Shown here piece after piece: positions 46,049-55,071 of a stretch of 64,000 bases of DNA. Under the pieces are notes generated by a model that saw nothing but the letters and a program-made list of their open reading frames with translations, made no database searches and was not told where the DNA came from. Every line of letters starts with the position of its first letter. The first letter of the stretch is position 1. The translations under genes were made by a program, and so were the position numbers. The stretch is from Oscillospiraceae bacterium (GTDB taxonomy: Bacteria; Bacillota; Clostridia; Oscillospirales; SIG627), in NCBI GenBank assembly GCA_034925865.1, contig JAYFRN010000005.1, forward strand, positions 5,964 to 69,963, in the 5' to 3' direction.

Positions 46049-47324
46049 TTTTATCGATTTGGTTTTTAAGCTTTGCTCGCATTTTCACTACACATTCGTC
46101 CGCAGACACCTCGCCTTTTACTATATCTTCAGCGAAGGCGCGGCATGATGGAGACCCACATGAGCCGCAGTCGATCATAGGAAGCTCCTGAAGGATTTTT
46201 TCAAGTGCCGCCATTTTTTTCATTGCTTCGCCGCGGTCGCTGTCAAGCTGAGAAACAGGCTGATATGTCAGGCCGTGTTTTAAGAAAAACCCGTCAGGAA
46301 TATATCCTTCGTTTTTTCCGGGAGAAGTGTATACCTGATTAAGAGAGACGGGAAGATAACGCCTGAGAGTCTGAAGCCTGGCCTGTGCTATATATGGGTT
46401 TTCGACTGTCAGGACTCCGCCCACACAGCCTCCGCTGCATGCGTTGAGCTCAATAAAATCAAGCTCTGGAATATTTCCGTTGTCGATCTCCTCCAGCACG
46501 CGTATCACGTTTTCAATACCGTCGGCAGCCAGATAACGGTCGCGGAAAATTGCTGTCGCTTCTCCTCCGGTCGACGCCCAGCCTATGCCGATCATACCGA
46601 CCGACGAAACGGGCGGCGGAGCTTTGGATTTACGCATAACGCCAAGAAGCGCGAAATAAGCGTCGTTCATCGATACCACAGAGTCAATATTGGTATTCCC
46701 GGAAAGGTTGTTTTTTACATAGCTGACTTTTGCCGGACATGGTGAGATAAAACAAACGTTTATATCCTCAGCCCTGAGCTCCGGATGCTTTTCCATTGCC
46801 TGCTGCCGCGCTTTAAGTCCGGCAATCTCGATCGGCGGAAGTATCGGCATTACGTTTTCACACAGGAAAGGAAACCTCAGACTGATGAGCCTGACCACCA
46901 CAGGACACGCGCTGCTTATTATGGGGCGGGGAATATCGTCCCGCTTTAAATACCGGCGAGTATAACCCGTTACGATTTCGGCGGCGGCGCCTACCTCGTA
47001 CACTTCGTCAAATCCGCAGTCAAGCAGTCCTTGAATAACATAATCAATATCATCAAGATTGTCAAATTGTCCGTAAAGCGACGGCGCCGGAAGCGCGATT
47101 TTATACTTGGATTTCATAACCTCGGACAGGTCGTCGGTTATGGCTTTTTTTGCTTTGTATGGACATACTCTTATGCATTCGCCGCAATCGACACATCGCT
47201 TGGCGTTTATTTGAGCATGCCCGTCGCGTATTCTGATAGCCTCGACCGGGCATCGCTTGAGACAGGTGGTGCAGCCCTTGCATTTCGAGACATCAAGCGA
47301 TACCGAATGCTTGTAATCAGGCAT
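46029..47324 (-). CDS. HydS-like putative sensory [FeFe]-hydrogenase homologue
   Basis: 431 aa. Has N-terminal 2x[4Fe-4S] (CKGCTTCLKRCP, CVDCGECIRVCP). The H-domain motifs are altered to SSACP, SPCPAK and ELNACSGGCVGG. The C-terminal Fe-S motif is CGSCGSPSCRAF. Confidence 0.75.
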   Translation of the reverse strand: MPDYKHSVSLDVSKCKGCTTCLKRCPVEAIRIRDGHAQINAKRCVDCGECIRVCPYKAKKAITDDLSEVMKSKYKIALPAPSLYGQFDNLDDIDYVIQGLLDCGFDEVYEVGAAAEIVTGYTRRYLKRDDIPRPIISSACPVVVRLISLRFPFLCENVMPILPPIEIAGLKARQQAMEKHPELRAEDINVCFISPCPAKVSYVKNNLSGNTNIDSVVSMNDAYFALLGVMRKSKAPPPVSSVGMIGIGWASTGGEATAIFRDRYLAADGIENVIRVLEEIDNGNIPELDFIELNACSGGCVGGVLTVENPYIAQARLQTLRRYLPVSLNQVYTSPGKNEGYIPDGFFLKHGLTYQPVSQLDSDRGEAMKKMAALEKILQELPMIDCGSCGSPSCRAFAEDIVKGEVSADECVVKMRAKLKNQIDKNDIKNN

Positions 47325-47644
47325 GATGACTATCTCCCATGTGTTTTTAGGTAACCTATGAAAACACGATAATTCGCAACGTTGTATTTAAAATCGATTG
47401 TGCAGCAGCGACAGCTGCTTCTCATTTTGTTGTAAGTTTTTGTTATCAGAGGTTCCTTTTAATTTATAATCAGGTAATTTAATAATCGTGCTTCATAAGG
47501 GAAATAGCTTTGATATATGCATTATCCTAAATAAAGTGATTACTATGTAATAAATTGCCGATTAAATATCGATTTACCTGAAACCATTTTACTGTTATAT
47601 GGACTTTGACATACAAAAAGAATGCACAATTACTCTGTTGACTT

Positions 47645-48070
47645 TTATTTGATATTTACTGTCATTGTGATTTTCGTACCCTTGCCGACCTCGGTTTCTA
47701 TAATCATATCATCAGTATAGCGCTTCATATTAGGAAGCCCCATGCCGGCTCCGAAGCCGAGCGCCCGGATACGTTCCGGCGCGGTTGAATATCCTTCCTG
47801 CATGGCGAGATCCACATCGGCAATTCCCGGGCCGTGATCCTCAAGCACGATGGTAATATCATTTTCTGTGATATATACATCGGCCGCTCCCCCTCCGGCA
47901 TGAATGACCATATTGATTTCGCCCTCGTACATTGCGATTGAAACGCGGCGGATGGTTTCGGGATCAAAATTGAGCTGACGGAGCTTTTTTTTCAAAAGTA
48001 TTGCCGCTTCTCCGGCTGATGAAAAATTTTCGCCATCTACATTATAGTGAAATTTTAAAGATTCACTCAT
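47645..48070 (-). CDS. Anti-sigma-factor-type serine kinase / GHKL ATPase
   Basis: The core EGEINMVIHAGGG...LEDHGPGI...GFGAGMGLPNMKR is typical of SpoIIAB/RsbW-like HATPase_c proteins. The start MSESLKFHY overlaps the upstream gene by 8 nt. Confidence 0.7.
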   Translation of the reverse strand: MSESLKFHYNVDGENFSSAGEAAILLKKKLRQLNFDPETIRRVSIAMYEGEINMVIHAGGGAADVYITENDITIVLEDHGPGIADVDLAMQEGYSTAPERIRALGFGAGMGLPNMKRYTDDMIIETEVGKGTKITMTVNIK

Positions 48071-48404
48071 ATTTGAGTCCCGAGGAAAACAAGACGCCGC
48101 AAGCCTCATACATACGCATATCGGTCGCCATTACCACGATACCGCAGTCTATCGCATATGATATCATTTCCGGTGAAGGACGTTTGCTTCTTACAAAGAC
48201 GACGCATTTCATATCCATCATCTCTGCTGTCCGTATGACCTGCGGATTGACAAGCCCGGTAAGAAGAACGGCCTGCTCCTTTACATAAGCGAGCACATCG
48301 CTCATCATATCGCTTCCGCAGGCGGAGCTTACTTCGCTTTCGGCTTTGTCCGCGCCGCAAAGTATCTCGGCGTTGAGCAGTTCTCTGATACGGCTGATCT
48401 TCAT
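48063..48404 (-). CDS. DRTGG-domain protein
   Basis: 113 aa with SDMMSDVLAYV...LLTGLVNPQVIRTAEMMD. Confidence 0.6.
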   Translation of the reverse strand: MKISRIRELLNAEILCGADKAESEVSSACGSDMMSDVLAYVKEQAVLLTGLVNPQVIRTAEMMDMKCVVFVRSKRPSPEMISYAIDCGIVVMATDMRMYEACGVLFSSGLKYE

Positions 48405-48450
48405 ATTATGTGCCTTTCTTAGTCACATCCCGACAGTCCATAATGCCGGA

Positions 48451-48945
48451 TTATTTAATGGCGCTGATAATTCTTTTGATATCGGAAGCAACAAGTCTTC
48501 CGTGAACCTCGCCGTTGACAACCATGACGGGCGCGAGTCCGCAGCAGCCGAGGCAGCGGGTTTCCTGGAAAGTATACTTGCCGTCTGCAGTTGTTTTGCC
48601 GAGACCGATGCCGAGCTCTTTGCCAACAGCTTCGACTATGAGCTTCGCGCCTCTTACATAGCAGGCTGTGCCTGTGCAGACGCTGATTACGTTTTCACCC
48701 TTCGGAACGAGAGCAAACTGAGAATAGAATGTAGAAACTCCGTACACCTCTGAAAGCGGAACATTGAGAGCCTCCGCGATTATGATTTGTACTTCAACAG
48801 GAAGATAGCCGTAGATATCCTGTGCTTTTTGCATTATGGGCATGAGCGCACCCTTTTCATTCTTATGCTGTGCGATTATCTCATTGAGCTTTTGCTCCTG
48901 CTCTGGCGTACCATTAAACGGTACATTCGATTTAATTTTTGCCAC
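48451..48945 (-). CDS. hydC: NuoE-like [2Fe-2S] subunit of the hydrogenase (HydC/HndA)
   Basis: 164 aa with the ALMPIMQKAQDIYGYLP and CTGTACYVRG...CLGCCGLAP signature. Confidence 0.9.
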   Translation of the reverse strand: MAKIKSNVPFNGTPEQEQKLNEIIAQHKNEKGALMPIMQKAQDIYGYLPVEVQIIIAEALNVPLSEVYGVSTFYSQFALVPKGENVISVCTGTACYVRGAKLIVEAVGKELGIGLGKTTADGKYTFQETRCLGCCGLAPVMVVNGEVHGRLVASDIKRIISAIK

Positions 48946-48971
48946 GGATAAAGTCCTCCTTGGGTATATGT

Positions 48972-48989
48972 TTGTTATTTTCTTAACGA
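48972..48989. promoter_or_regulatory. Rex-like operator in the hydrogenase 5' UTR
   Basis: TTGTTATTTTCTTAACGA matches the clostridial Rex consensus TTGTTAANNNNTTAACAA at 12 of 14 specified positions. It lies between the -10 box and the hydC start. Confidence 0.55.
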
Positions 48990-49029
48990 TGTTATGACGA
49001 AATTATCTCACTTCTGAGCATACTGTTGT

Positions 49030-49058
49030 ATTATAACACTTATGTATTTTTAATTCAA
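49030..49058 (-). promoter_or_regulatory. Sigma-70-type promoter of the hydrogenase operon
   Basis: Minus strand: TTGAAT (49058-49053), 17-bp spacer, TATAAT (49035-49030). Confidence 0.6.
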
Positions 49059-49102
49059 GTAGAAAATACAAGAAAAAAGCCGTATTATGGACTATAACGT
49101 AA

Positions 49103-49134
49103 AAAAGGCGGCATCCATTGAGAAACCGCCTTTT
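49103..49134 (-). terminator. Intrinsic terminator after the 49151-49564 gene
   Basis: AAAAGGCGG / CCGCCTTTT hairpin with flanking A and T runs. Confidence 0.6.
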
Positions 49135-49150
49135 CAGAAGTATTTATATT

Positions 49151-49564
49151 TCATATTTCGTAATTTATTTCGCTTTTATCAACCCATGAACATATTTCTC
49201 TTAATAAAAGCACGCCGTTATTTTCCGCAGATACGGTAAGCGGCACACCGATATAACGTGCCGGAACCGGTATACCGTTGATATAAACGGCGTCACGCTT
49301 TAAAGTAACGATATCACCGGTCTTTTTTTCAATGCCGATTGAATCATCTTCTTCGCCTTTGCTTCGTAAAAATGCATTACTTTGGGAAAATGCATTACTT
49401 TCGGAGATATATGCGGAACAATCGATATACTCGTTCCCTTTTGGTCCCACTTTTATTAATCCTGATTTATCAATATCCATTGTATGCTCCGATGTATCGG
49501 AAGGCGTCATGCCGCCGGCCTGGTTTATTATATAATTATTTCCTTTTTCATATTGTTTTTTCAT
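49151..49564 (-). CDS. Hypothetical protein
   Basis: 137-aa ORF with its own terminator. I recognise no family. It contains an 18-bp in-frame tandem duplication. Confidence 0.45.
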   Translation of the reverse strand: MKKQYEKGNNYIINQAGGMTPSDTSEHTMDIDKSGLIKVGPKGNEYIDCSAYISESNAFSQSNAFLRSKGEEDDSIGIEKKTGDIVTLKRDAVYINGIPVPARYIGVPLTVSAENNGVLLLREICSWVDKSEINYEI

Positions 49565-49680
49565 TACGCTACCGCTTCTTTCAAAAAGAACTGATGGAGG
49601 CGCTATAATTCGCGCCCTATATATAATATGAATTCGAGGCGTGTTTTGACAGGCATAATGTCAAATCATGGCGATGATTG

Positions 49681-49709
49681 TTGCCAACGTCCGTTTTATG
49701 TGCTATAAT
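49681..49709 (+). promoter_or_regulatory. Sigma-70-type promoter (extended -10) upstream of comM/yifB
   Basis: TTGCCA (49681-49686), 17-bp spacer, TGcTATAAT (-10 hexamer at 49704-49709). Confidence 0.55.
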
Positions 49710-49839
49710 AAATTACTGATGAATAATATAGTATGGATTTTGCCCGAATATACACAGGACAGTCGAGCTAAGCAATATAATTATATTTTACATAAAACCA
49801 CGTTAAACGAAAACAAAATTACGGAGGAAAGCATCGATC

Positions 49840-51363
49840 ATGCTTACAACAGTATATTCAGCATCGCTTTCCGGGCTAGAAGGATTCACCGTTACAGTTG
49901 AATGCTTTTCCGACAGAGGATTGCCGTCGATAGAAATAATCGGTCTGCCCGACGCGGCCATCAAGGAAGCGATAGAACGCATACATGCCGTGACCTCAAA
50001 TAATTCACTTCCGTTTATCAAGGGACGCACTACCGTAAACCTCGCGCCTGCCGACCGCAAGAAGAGCGGAAGCGGATTCGACCTCGCGATCATCGTCGCG
50101 ATCGTGGCTCAGAGCGTGATGCCCTCGGCCGAGCTTTCGGACGCCTGTTTTATCGGAGAGCTGTCTCTGACGGGTGATGTGCGTCCGTGCAAAGGCGTTT
50201 TGCCTATGTGTCTCGCGGCCAAGGCCGACGGTAAACGCCGGGTGTTCATCCCGGCGGAAAATGCCGCGGAAGGAGCCGTCGTCGACGGGATAGACGTTTA
50301 CGGCGTAAAAAATATTATACAATTAATTGCACATCTCAACGGTGCGGAGCAGATAGAAAAAGCAGTGTTCGAAAAGGAATCGGCTTTCGGGTTCGTTGCC
50401 CCGGCGATAGATTTCGCGGATATAAAGGGACAGGAAACCGCAAAGCGCGCAATAGAAATTGCCGCCGCCGGGGCGCACAATGTGCTGCTTATCGGTCCTC
50501 CCGGAAGCGGGAAGAGCATGATATCAAAGGCAATACCGGGCATTCTTCCTCAAATGAGCTTCAGTGAAATGATAGAAACCACGAAAATCCATTCGGTAAG
50601 CGGAATTTTGCCACCGAACGAATCGTTGGTTCGGGTACGTCCGTTCCGCGCGCCGCATCATACCATGTCCTTCGCCGGTCTTGCGGGCGGCGGAGCCGTT
50701 CCTATGCCGGGTGAAATATCTCTGTGTCACAATGGCGTCCTTTTCCTTGACGAGCTCCCGGAATTCGATAAAAGAGCGCTTGAGGTGCTGCGCCAGCCGC
50801 TTGAGGACCGCGTCATTACAATAACACGCGCCGCAGGAAAGATCACGTTTCCCGCGTCGTTCATGGTGGTTTGCGCAATGAATCCCTGTCCATGCGGTTA
50901 TTACGGAAGCGAAAAGCGCAAATGCACATGCACAAAGGCAGCTGTTGAAAAATATCTGTCTAAAATTTCCGGTCCTCTGCTTGACAGGATAGATATCCAG
51001 ATCGAGGTTCCGGCGGTCTCATTTGACGAGATCACCGCTCCGGTTTCGTCCGAATCCTCTTTTGAAATTAGGAAACGCGTCGAAAAAGCGCGTGAGATCG
51101 CTGCGGAAAGATATAAGGAGATCGGCGTTTTTGCAAACGGTTTGCTCGGTCCGTCACACGCGAAAAAATACTGTAATTACAGTGAAGCCGCGAAAAACGT
51201 GCTTGAGACCGCCTTTGAACGCCTTAACTTGTCAGCGAGGGGATACGACAGAATCCTGCGGGTTTCAAGGACTATTGCCGATCTTGAAGGAGAGGACATG
51301 ATCGGGTCTGATCATGTGCTTGAGGCTGTTCAGCTGCGGAGCCTTGACAGAAAGTACTTTTAA
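49840..51363 (+). CDS. comM: YifB/ComM-family Mg-chelatase-like AAA+ ATPase
   Basis: 507 aa. Has an N-terminal Lon-like domain, Walker A GPPGSGKS and GVLFLDELPEF. Confidence 0.9.
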   Translation: MLTTVYSASLSGLEGFTVTVECFSDRGLPSIEIIGLPDAAIKEAIERIHAVTSNNSLPFIKGRTTVNLAPADRKKSGSGFDLAIIVAIVAQSVMPSAELSDACFIGELSLTGDVRPCKGVLPMCLAAKADGKRRVFIPAENAAEGAVVDGIDVYGVKNIIQLIAHLNGAEQIEKAVFEKESAFGFVAPAIDFADIKGQETAKRAIEIAAAGAHNVLLIGPPGSGKSMISKAIPGILPQMSFSEMIETTKIHSVSGILPPNESLVRVRPFRAPHHTMSFAGLAGGGAVPMPGEISLCHNGVLFLDELPEFDKRALEVLRQPLEDRVITITRAAGKITFPASFMVVCAMNPCPCGYYGSEKRKCTCTKAAVEKYLSKISGPLLDRIDIQIEVPAVSFDEITAPVSSESSFEIRKRVEKAREIAAERYKEIGVFANGLLGPSHAKKYCNYSEAAKNVLETAFERLNLSARGYDRILRVSRTIADLEGEDMIGSDHVLEAVQLRSLDRKYF

Positions 51364-51400
51364 ATGGCATTTAATTTGCTTTGTTATGGAAAGGAGGAAA

Positions 51401-51640
51401 ATGGAGGTGAGATTATCTCGTATTAATAATAAGTCTGTATTCCTTTTTGCTATTCTGTTTTTACTTTTCTCAGGAGGAATATTCGTGATATGCTTGTTAT
51501 ATTCTGATGGTTCATTAAAAGCTGTAGATAAATCGCCTTATTCGTCTTATTTCGAGAATCAGCGTTGTTTTTCAATTAAGGGAAACCAGAATGGTCCCAT
51601 GATAACATTTAAAGATGGCTCAAATTATTCAAAACGGTAA
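51401..51640 (+). CDS. Small membrane-anchored hypothetical protein
   Basis: 79 aa from MEVRLSRINNK. AAGGAGG lies just upstream. One TM segment. Confidence 0.3.
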   Translation: MEVRLSRINNKSVFLFAILFLLFSGGIFVICLLYSDGSLKAVDKSPYSSYFENQRCFSIKGNQNGPMITFKDGSNYSKR

Positions 51641-51739
51641 TTATATACGGAAGTGCGCAGCCTTTCGGCTACGCCATTTTAAGGTTATTTTGTAAATAAG
51701 GTACACATGTTTAAATATTTAACTATCTATAAAATGCTG

Positions 51740-52180
51740 TCATTGGCATAACTTATCATGTATTTCCTTTATCAATACATCATCTTTCATGTTTTGACAT
51801 AGACGGTTTAATTTTTGAATTATATAAGCATCAAGAGAGTCATATAGCTTATCATCTTCGCTCAGGTTATATAATTTAAGAATTATATCATTCATATACT
51901 TGTTGTTTGAATATGTCGTGCTGTTAAACACAGTAAAGCACAAGTACGCATGTTTGCAGTTCTCCACATACAACCGTTGTTTATCGCTTGCATCGGTGGC
52001 TTTATTATTTAAATTATTGCATAATTGAATAAAACTATTCCTGAAAGCAATATCGATATTATCAGACTGAAATTGCTTTTGGGATAATGTAAATAGTGTA
52101 TTTATATGTACTATAATAAGAATAATAAACGCCGCACCGATAAAAAGAGTCAGCCACTTTTTGATACTTACAATTTTCAT
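51740..52180 (-). CDS. Hypothetical N-terminally anchored protein
   Basis: AGGTGG lies 9 nt before ATG 52180. One TM segment. AT-rich gene with no recognisable family. Confidence 0.4.
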   Translation of the reverse strand: MKIVSIKKWLTLFIGAAFIILIIVHINTLFTLSQKQFQSDNIDIAFRNSFIQLCNNLNNKATDASDKQRLYVENCKHAYLCFTVFNSTTYSNNKYMNDIILKLYNLSEDDKLYDSLDAYIIQKLNRLCQNMKDDVLIKEIHDKLCQ

Positions 52181-52497
52181 ATGCCAAAACCACCTTAAAT
52201 TTTTCAAAGAAAGTTACAACAAAGTTGATGCATGACTTATCATAATTAAAATTTTTATAACTTTGTATATATTATAATAAAATAATGCTTTTATGTTAAT
52301 AAATTTAATAGGATTCAATTTTAATTCAAAAACTTATGAAACTCACCTCAAATACTACTAAAAATCGCTTTATATGATTCTGTTTTGAGAGTTGTACGGT
52401 AATCGGGAGTTATAAAGTTTATAAATCATACTGGTATTACAATTCGGGAGACATCATATAAATATACGTTATAATCTGTTAAAGTGTTAAATCGGTA

Positions 52498-52526
52498 TTG
52501 CTTTTTTTGATTAAATCATATATAAT
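52498..52526 (+). promoter_or_regulatory. Sigma-70-type promoter of the ABC transporter operon
   Basis: TTGCTT (52498-52503), 17-bp spacer, TATAAT (52521-52526). Confidence 0.5.
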
Positions 52527-52585
52527 CAATTTGTAATATGATTCTGCGCGAATCGCGCTACATTTTTATAAGGAGCTTTAAAGCA

Positions 52586-53428
52586 ATGAAAAAAATACTT
52601 ATGTTGATTCTTGCCGCGGCGATGCTTACGTGCGTCCTCTCCGCGTGCGGTGACAATTCCCAAAAATTTGTCATACTTGACGAGAATTTCGGAGAAGAAG
52701 AATATGCCATCGGCTTCCGCAAAGGCGAAAACGCGCTTGCCGAAAAGGTACAGGAGATTCTCGACGGACTTTATACCGACGGTACCGCCAAAAATATCGC
52801 CGTAAAATGGTTCGGCAGCGACGTTATACTTAAAGGAAATGACTTTGCCTCCAAGGGAGAAGCGAATTCTCCTGATGATTCGCTTACCTATATCACTGGG
52901 AAAGGTACCTTTGTTCTCGGGTTTGACAAGGAATATCCTCCGATGGGTTTTGTCGATGATAAGACCGGCGAATATACCGGCTTTGATATCGATCTTGCGA
53001 AGGCTCTTTGCGCAAAATGGGGAGTAGAGCTGAAGCTTCAGCCTGTGGATTGGGAAACGAAGGAGCTCGAGCTTTCCTCCAAGAATATCGACTGCATCTG
53101 GAGCGGAATGTCTGTCCGTGACGACAGGAAAGAAATATTCACAATGTCAAAGCCGTATCTTGCAAACGCTCAGGTCATTCTCGTCGGAAAAGACAGCGGT
53201 ATAACTAAGAAAGCTGATCTCGCCGGTAAAAAGGTCGGCACTCAAGCCGGCAGCGCAGCGCTTGACGAAATCAATACCGATGCCAACAAGGAACTCAAGG
53301 ACAGCTTTGCGGGTCTTCAGGAATATTCGACATTTTATGAAGCTTATCTTGATCTCCAGGCCGGACGTATCGATGCCATTATCGGAGACAAGACATTCCT
53401 CGAATATATAATCGCCAACCAGAAATAA
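52586..53428 (+). CDS. Amino-acid ABC transporter substrate-binding lipoprotein
   Basis: Lipobox LSACG after MKKILMLILAAAMLTCV. Family 3 SBP pattern (GFDIDLAKALC, WSGMS). Confidence 0.85.
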   Translation: MKKILMLILAAAMLTCVLSACGDNSQKFVILDENFGEEEYAIGFRKGENALAEKVQEILDGLYTDGTAKNIAVKWFGSDVILKGNDFASKGEANSPDDSLTYITGKGTFVLGFDKEYPPMGFVDDKTGEYTGFDIDLAKALCAKWGVELKLQPVDWETKELELSSKNIDCIWSGMSVRDDRKEIFTMSKPYLANAQVILVGKDSGITKKADLAGKKVGTQAGSAALDEINTDANKELKDSFAGLQEYSTFYEAYLDLQAGRIDAIIGDKTFLEYIIANQK

Positions 53429-53485
53429 GACGTATGATAGGCGGAGAGCGGAAGCCTTTCTTCCGCTCTCCAGAATTTTGTTGAT

Positions 53486-54196
53486 ATGACCTTAGAAAGC
53501 ATTTTAAACACGATCAAAATAATCCTTCCGGATTTAAAACATACCGCAGAAAGCATTTTAAACACGATCAAAATTATCCTTCCGGGTTTACAATATACCA
53601 TCGGGCTGTTCGCCGTCACCATTATTCTCTCGATTCCGTTGGGGCTGTTGATGGCGTTTGTAATGCACGGAAAAAGCAAAATATTAAAGTTCATATTGCG
53701 TTTTTATGTGCTGATCATGCGCGGAACTCCGCTTATGCTTCAGCTGTTTTTCATTTATTTCGGTCTTCCTAAGTTACCGGGAATAGGGAAATTCCTGGTT
53801 ATGGATCGATTTCCGGCCGCATGTGTCGCCTTTGTGCTGAATTACGCGGCATATTTCTGTGAAATATTCCGCGGCGGACTTTTATCGGTTGAAAAAGGTC
53901 AGTATGAGGCCGCAAAAGTGCTCGGGTTCACAAAGACGCAGACTATGCTTCGCGTCGTGATACCTCAGATGTTCCGCGTCGTGCTGCCTCCGGTATCAAA
54001 CGAAACAATAACGCTTGTAAAAGACACGTCGCTTGTCACCGCGATAAGTCTTTCTGACCTTATGAATCTTACAAAGGCTCTCGTTACGAGCACATCGAAT
54101 GTCTTTCCGTTTTTTATCGCGGCATTGTTTTATCTTGTTATGACGTATGCGCTGACAAAGCTGTTTAATTATCTAGAACATAAATTTGCGTATTGA
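53486..54196 (+). CDS. Amino-acid ABC transporter permease (His/Glu/Gln/Arg/opine family)
   Basis: 236 aa with the EAA-type loop [21 protein letters not shown]. Confidence 0.85.
   Translation: MTLESILNTIKIILPDLKHTAESILNTIKIILPGLQYTIGLFAVTIILSIPLGLLMAFVMHGKSKILKFILRFYVLIMRGTPLMLQLFFIYFGLPKLPGIGKFLVMDRFPAACVAFVLNYAAYFCEIFRGGLLSVEKGQYEAAKVLGFTKTQTMLRVVIPQMFRVVLPPVSNETITLVKDTSLVTAISLSDLMNLTKALVTSTSNVFPFFIAALFYLVMTYALTKLFNYLEHKFAY
53495..53602 (+). repeat. 54-bp in-frame tandem duplication at the 5' end of the permease gene
   Basis: [18 protein letters not shown] followed by [18 protein letters not shown]. The DNA units start at 53495 and 53549. Confidence 0.85.
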
Positions 54197-54210
54197 AAGG
54201 GGCGGTGTGC

Positions 54211-54990
54211 ATGAACATTCAGAATTCCGGAATAATGATTGAAGCTGTCGGGCTTGAAAAGAGCTTCGGCGATAATAATGTCCTGCGCGGCGTAAATTTT
54301 TCGGTGCGCCGCAATGAAATAATTGCCGTGATCGGTTCCTCCGGCAGCGGGAAAAGCACGCTTTTGCGCTGCCTTATTGATCTCGAACGAGTTGAAAAAG
54401 GCTCGATAATAATAGAAAACGAGCATATAGTCCGCGATGGCGTTTATACGCATCAGAAGGATATCGCAAGGATTATATCAAAAATGGGAATGGTTTTTCA
54501 ATCGTTCAATCTTTTTCCTCATCTTTCTGTACGTGCCAATCTCGAGCTGCCGCTGATAATAGCAAATAAAAATTTGCCGTCAAATGCCGTGCCGCGTGAG
54601 GAAATATGTGCACGCGCCGAGGAGCTTTTAAAAAAAGTGGGGCTTTCAGATAAACCGGACGCAATGCCCGGGACGCTTTCCGGAGGTCAGAAGCAGAGAG
54701 TAGCCATAGCCAGGGCGCTTATGAAAAAGCCGGACATAATGCTCTTTGACGAACCCACATCCTCTCTTGATCCCGAGCTGACCGTTGAGGTATTGCAGAC
54801 AATGAAAGCCTTGGCCGAGGAAAAAATGACGATGGTGGTCGTTACTCACGAGATGAGCTTTGCCAGAGATGTCGCGGACAGAATTATTTTCATGAACAAT
54901 GGCATTATCCTCGAAGAAGGAACGCCGGATGAGATATTCTGTCATCCGAAATTCGACCGCACGAGGGAATTTCTTGCGTCGGTAAAATAA
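54211..54990 (+). CDS. Amino-acid ABC transporter ATP-binding protein
   Basis: Walker [10 protein letters not shown], signature LSGGQKQR, Walker [10 protein letters not shown]. Confidence 0.9.
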   Translation: MNIQNSGIMIEAVGLEKSFGDNNVLRGVNFSVRRNEIIAVIGSSGSGKSTLLRCLIDLERVEKGSIIIENEHIVRDGVYTHQKDIARIISKMGMVFQSFNLFPHLSVRANLELPLIIANKNLPSNAVPREEICARAEELLKKVGLSDKPDAMPGTLSGGQKQRVAIARALMKKPDIMLFDEPTSSLDPELTVEVLQTMKALAEEKMTMVVVTHEMSFARDVADRIIFMNNGIILEEGTPDEIFCHPKFDRTREFLASVK

Positions 54991-55071
54991 AAGATACTAG
55001 GCAGTAAACTAGATACTATGAAAATGAGCTGTTGCATGTTCTGAATCGAACAAGCAGCAGCCTTTTGTATG

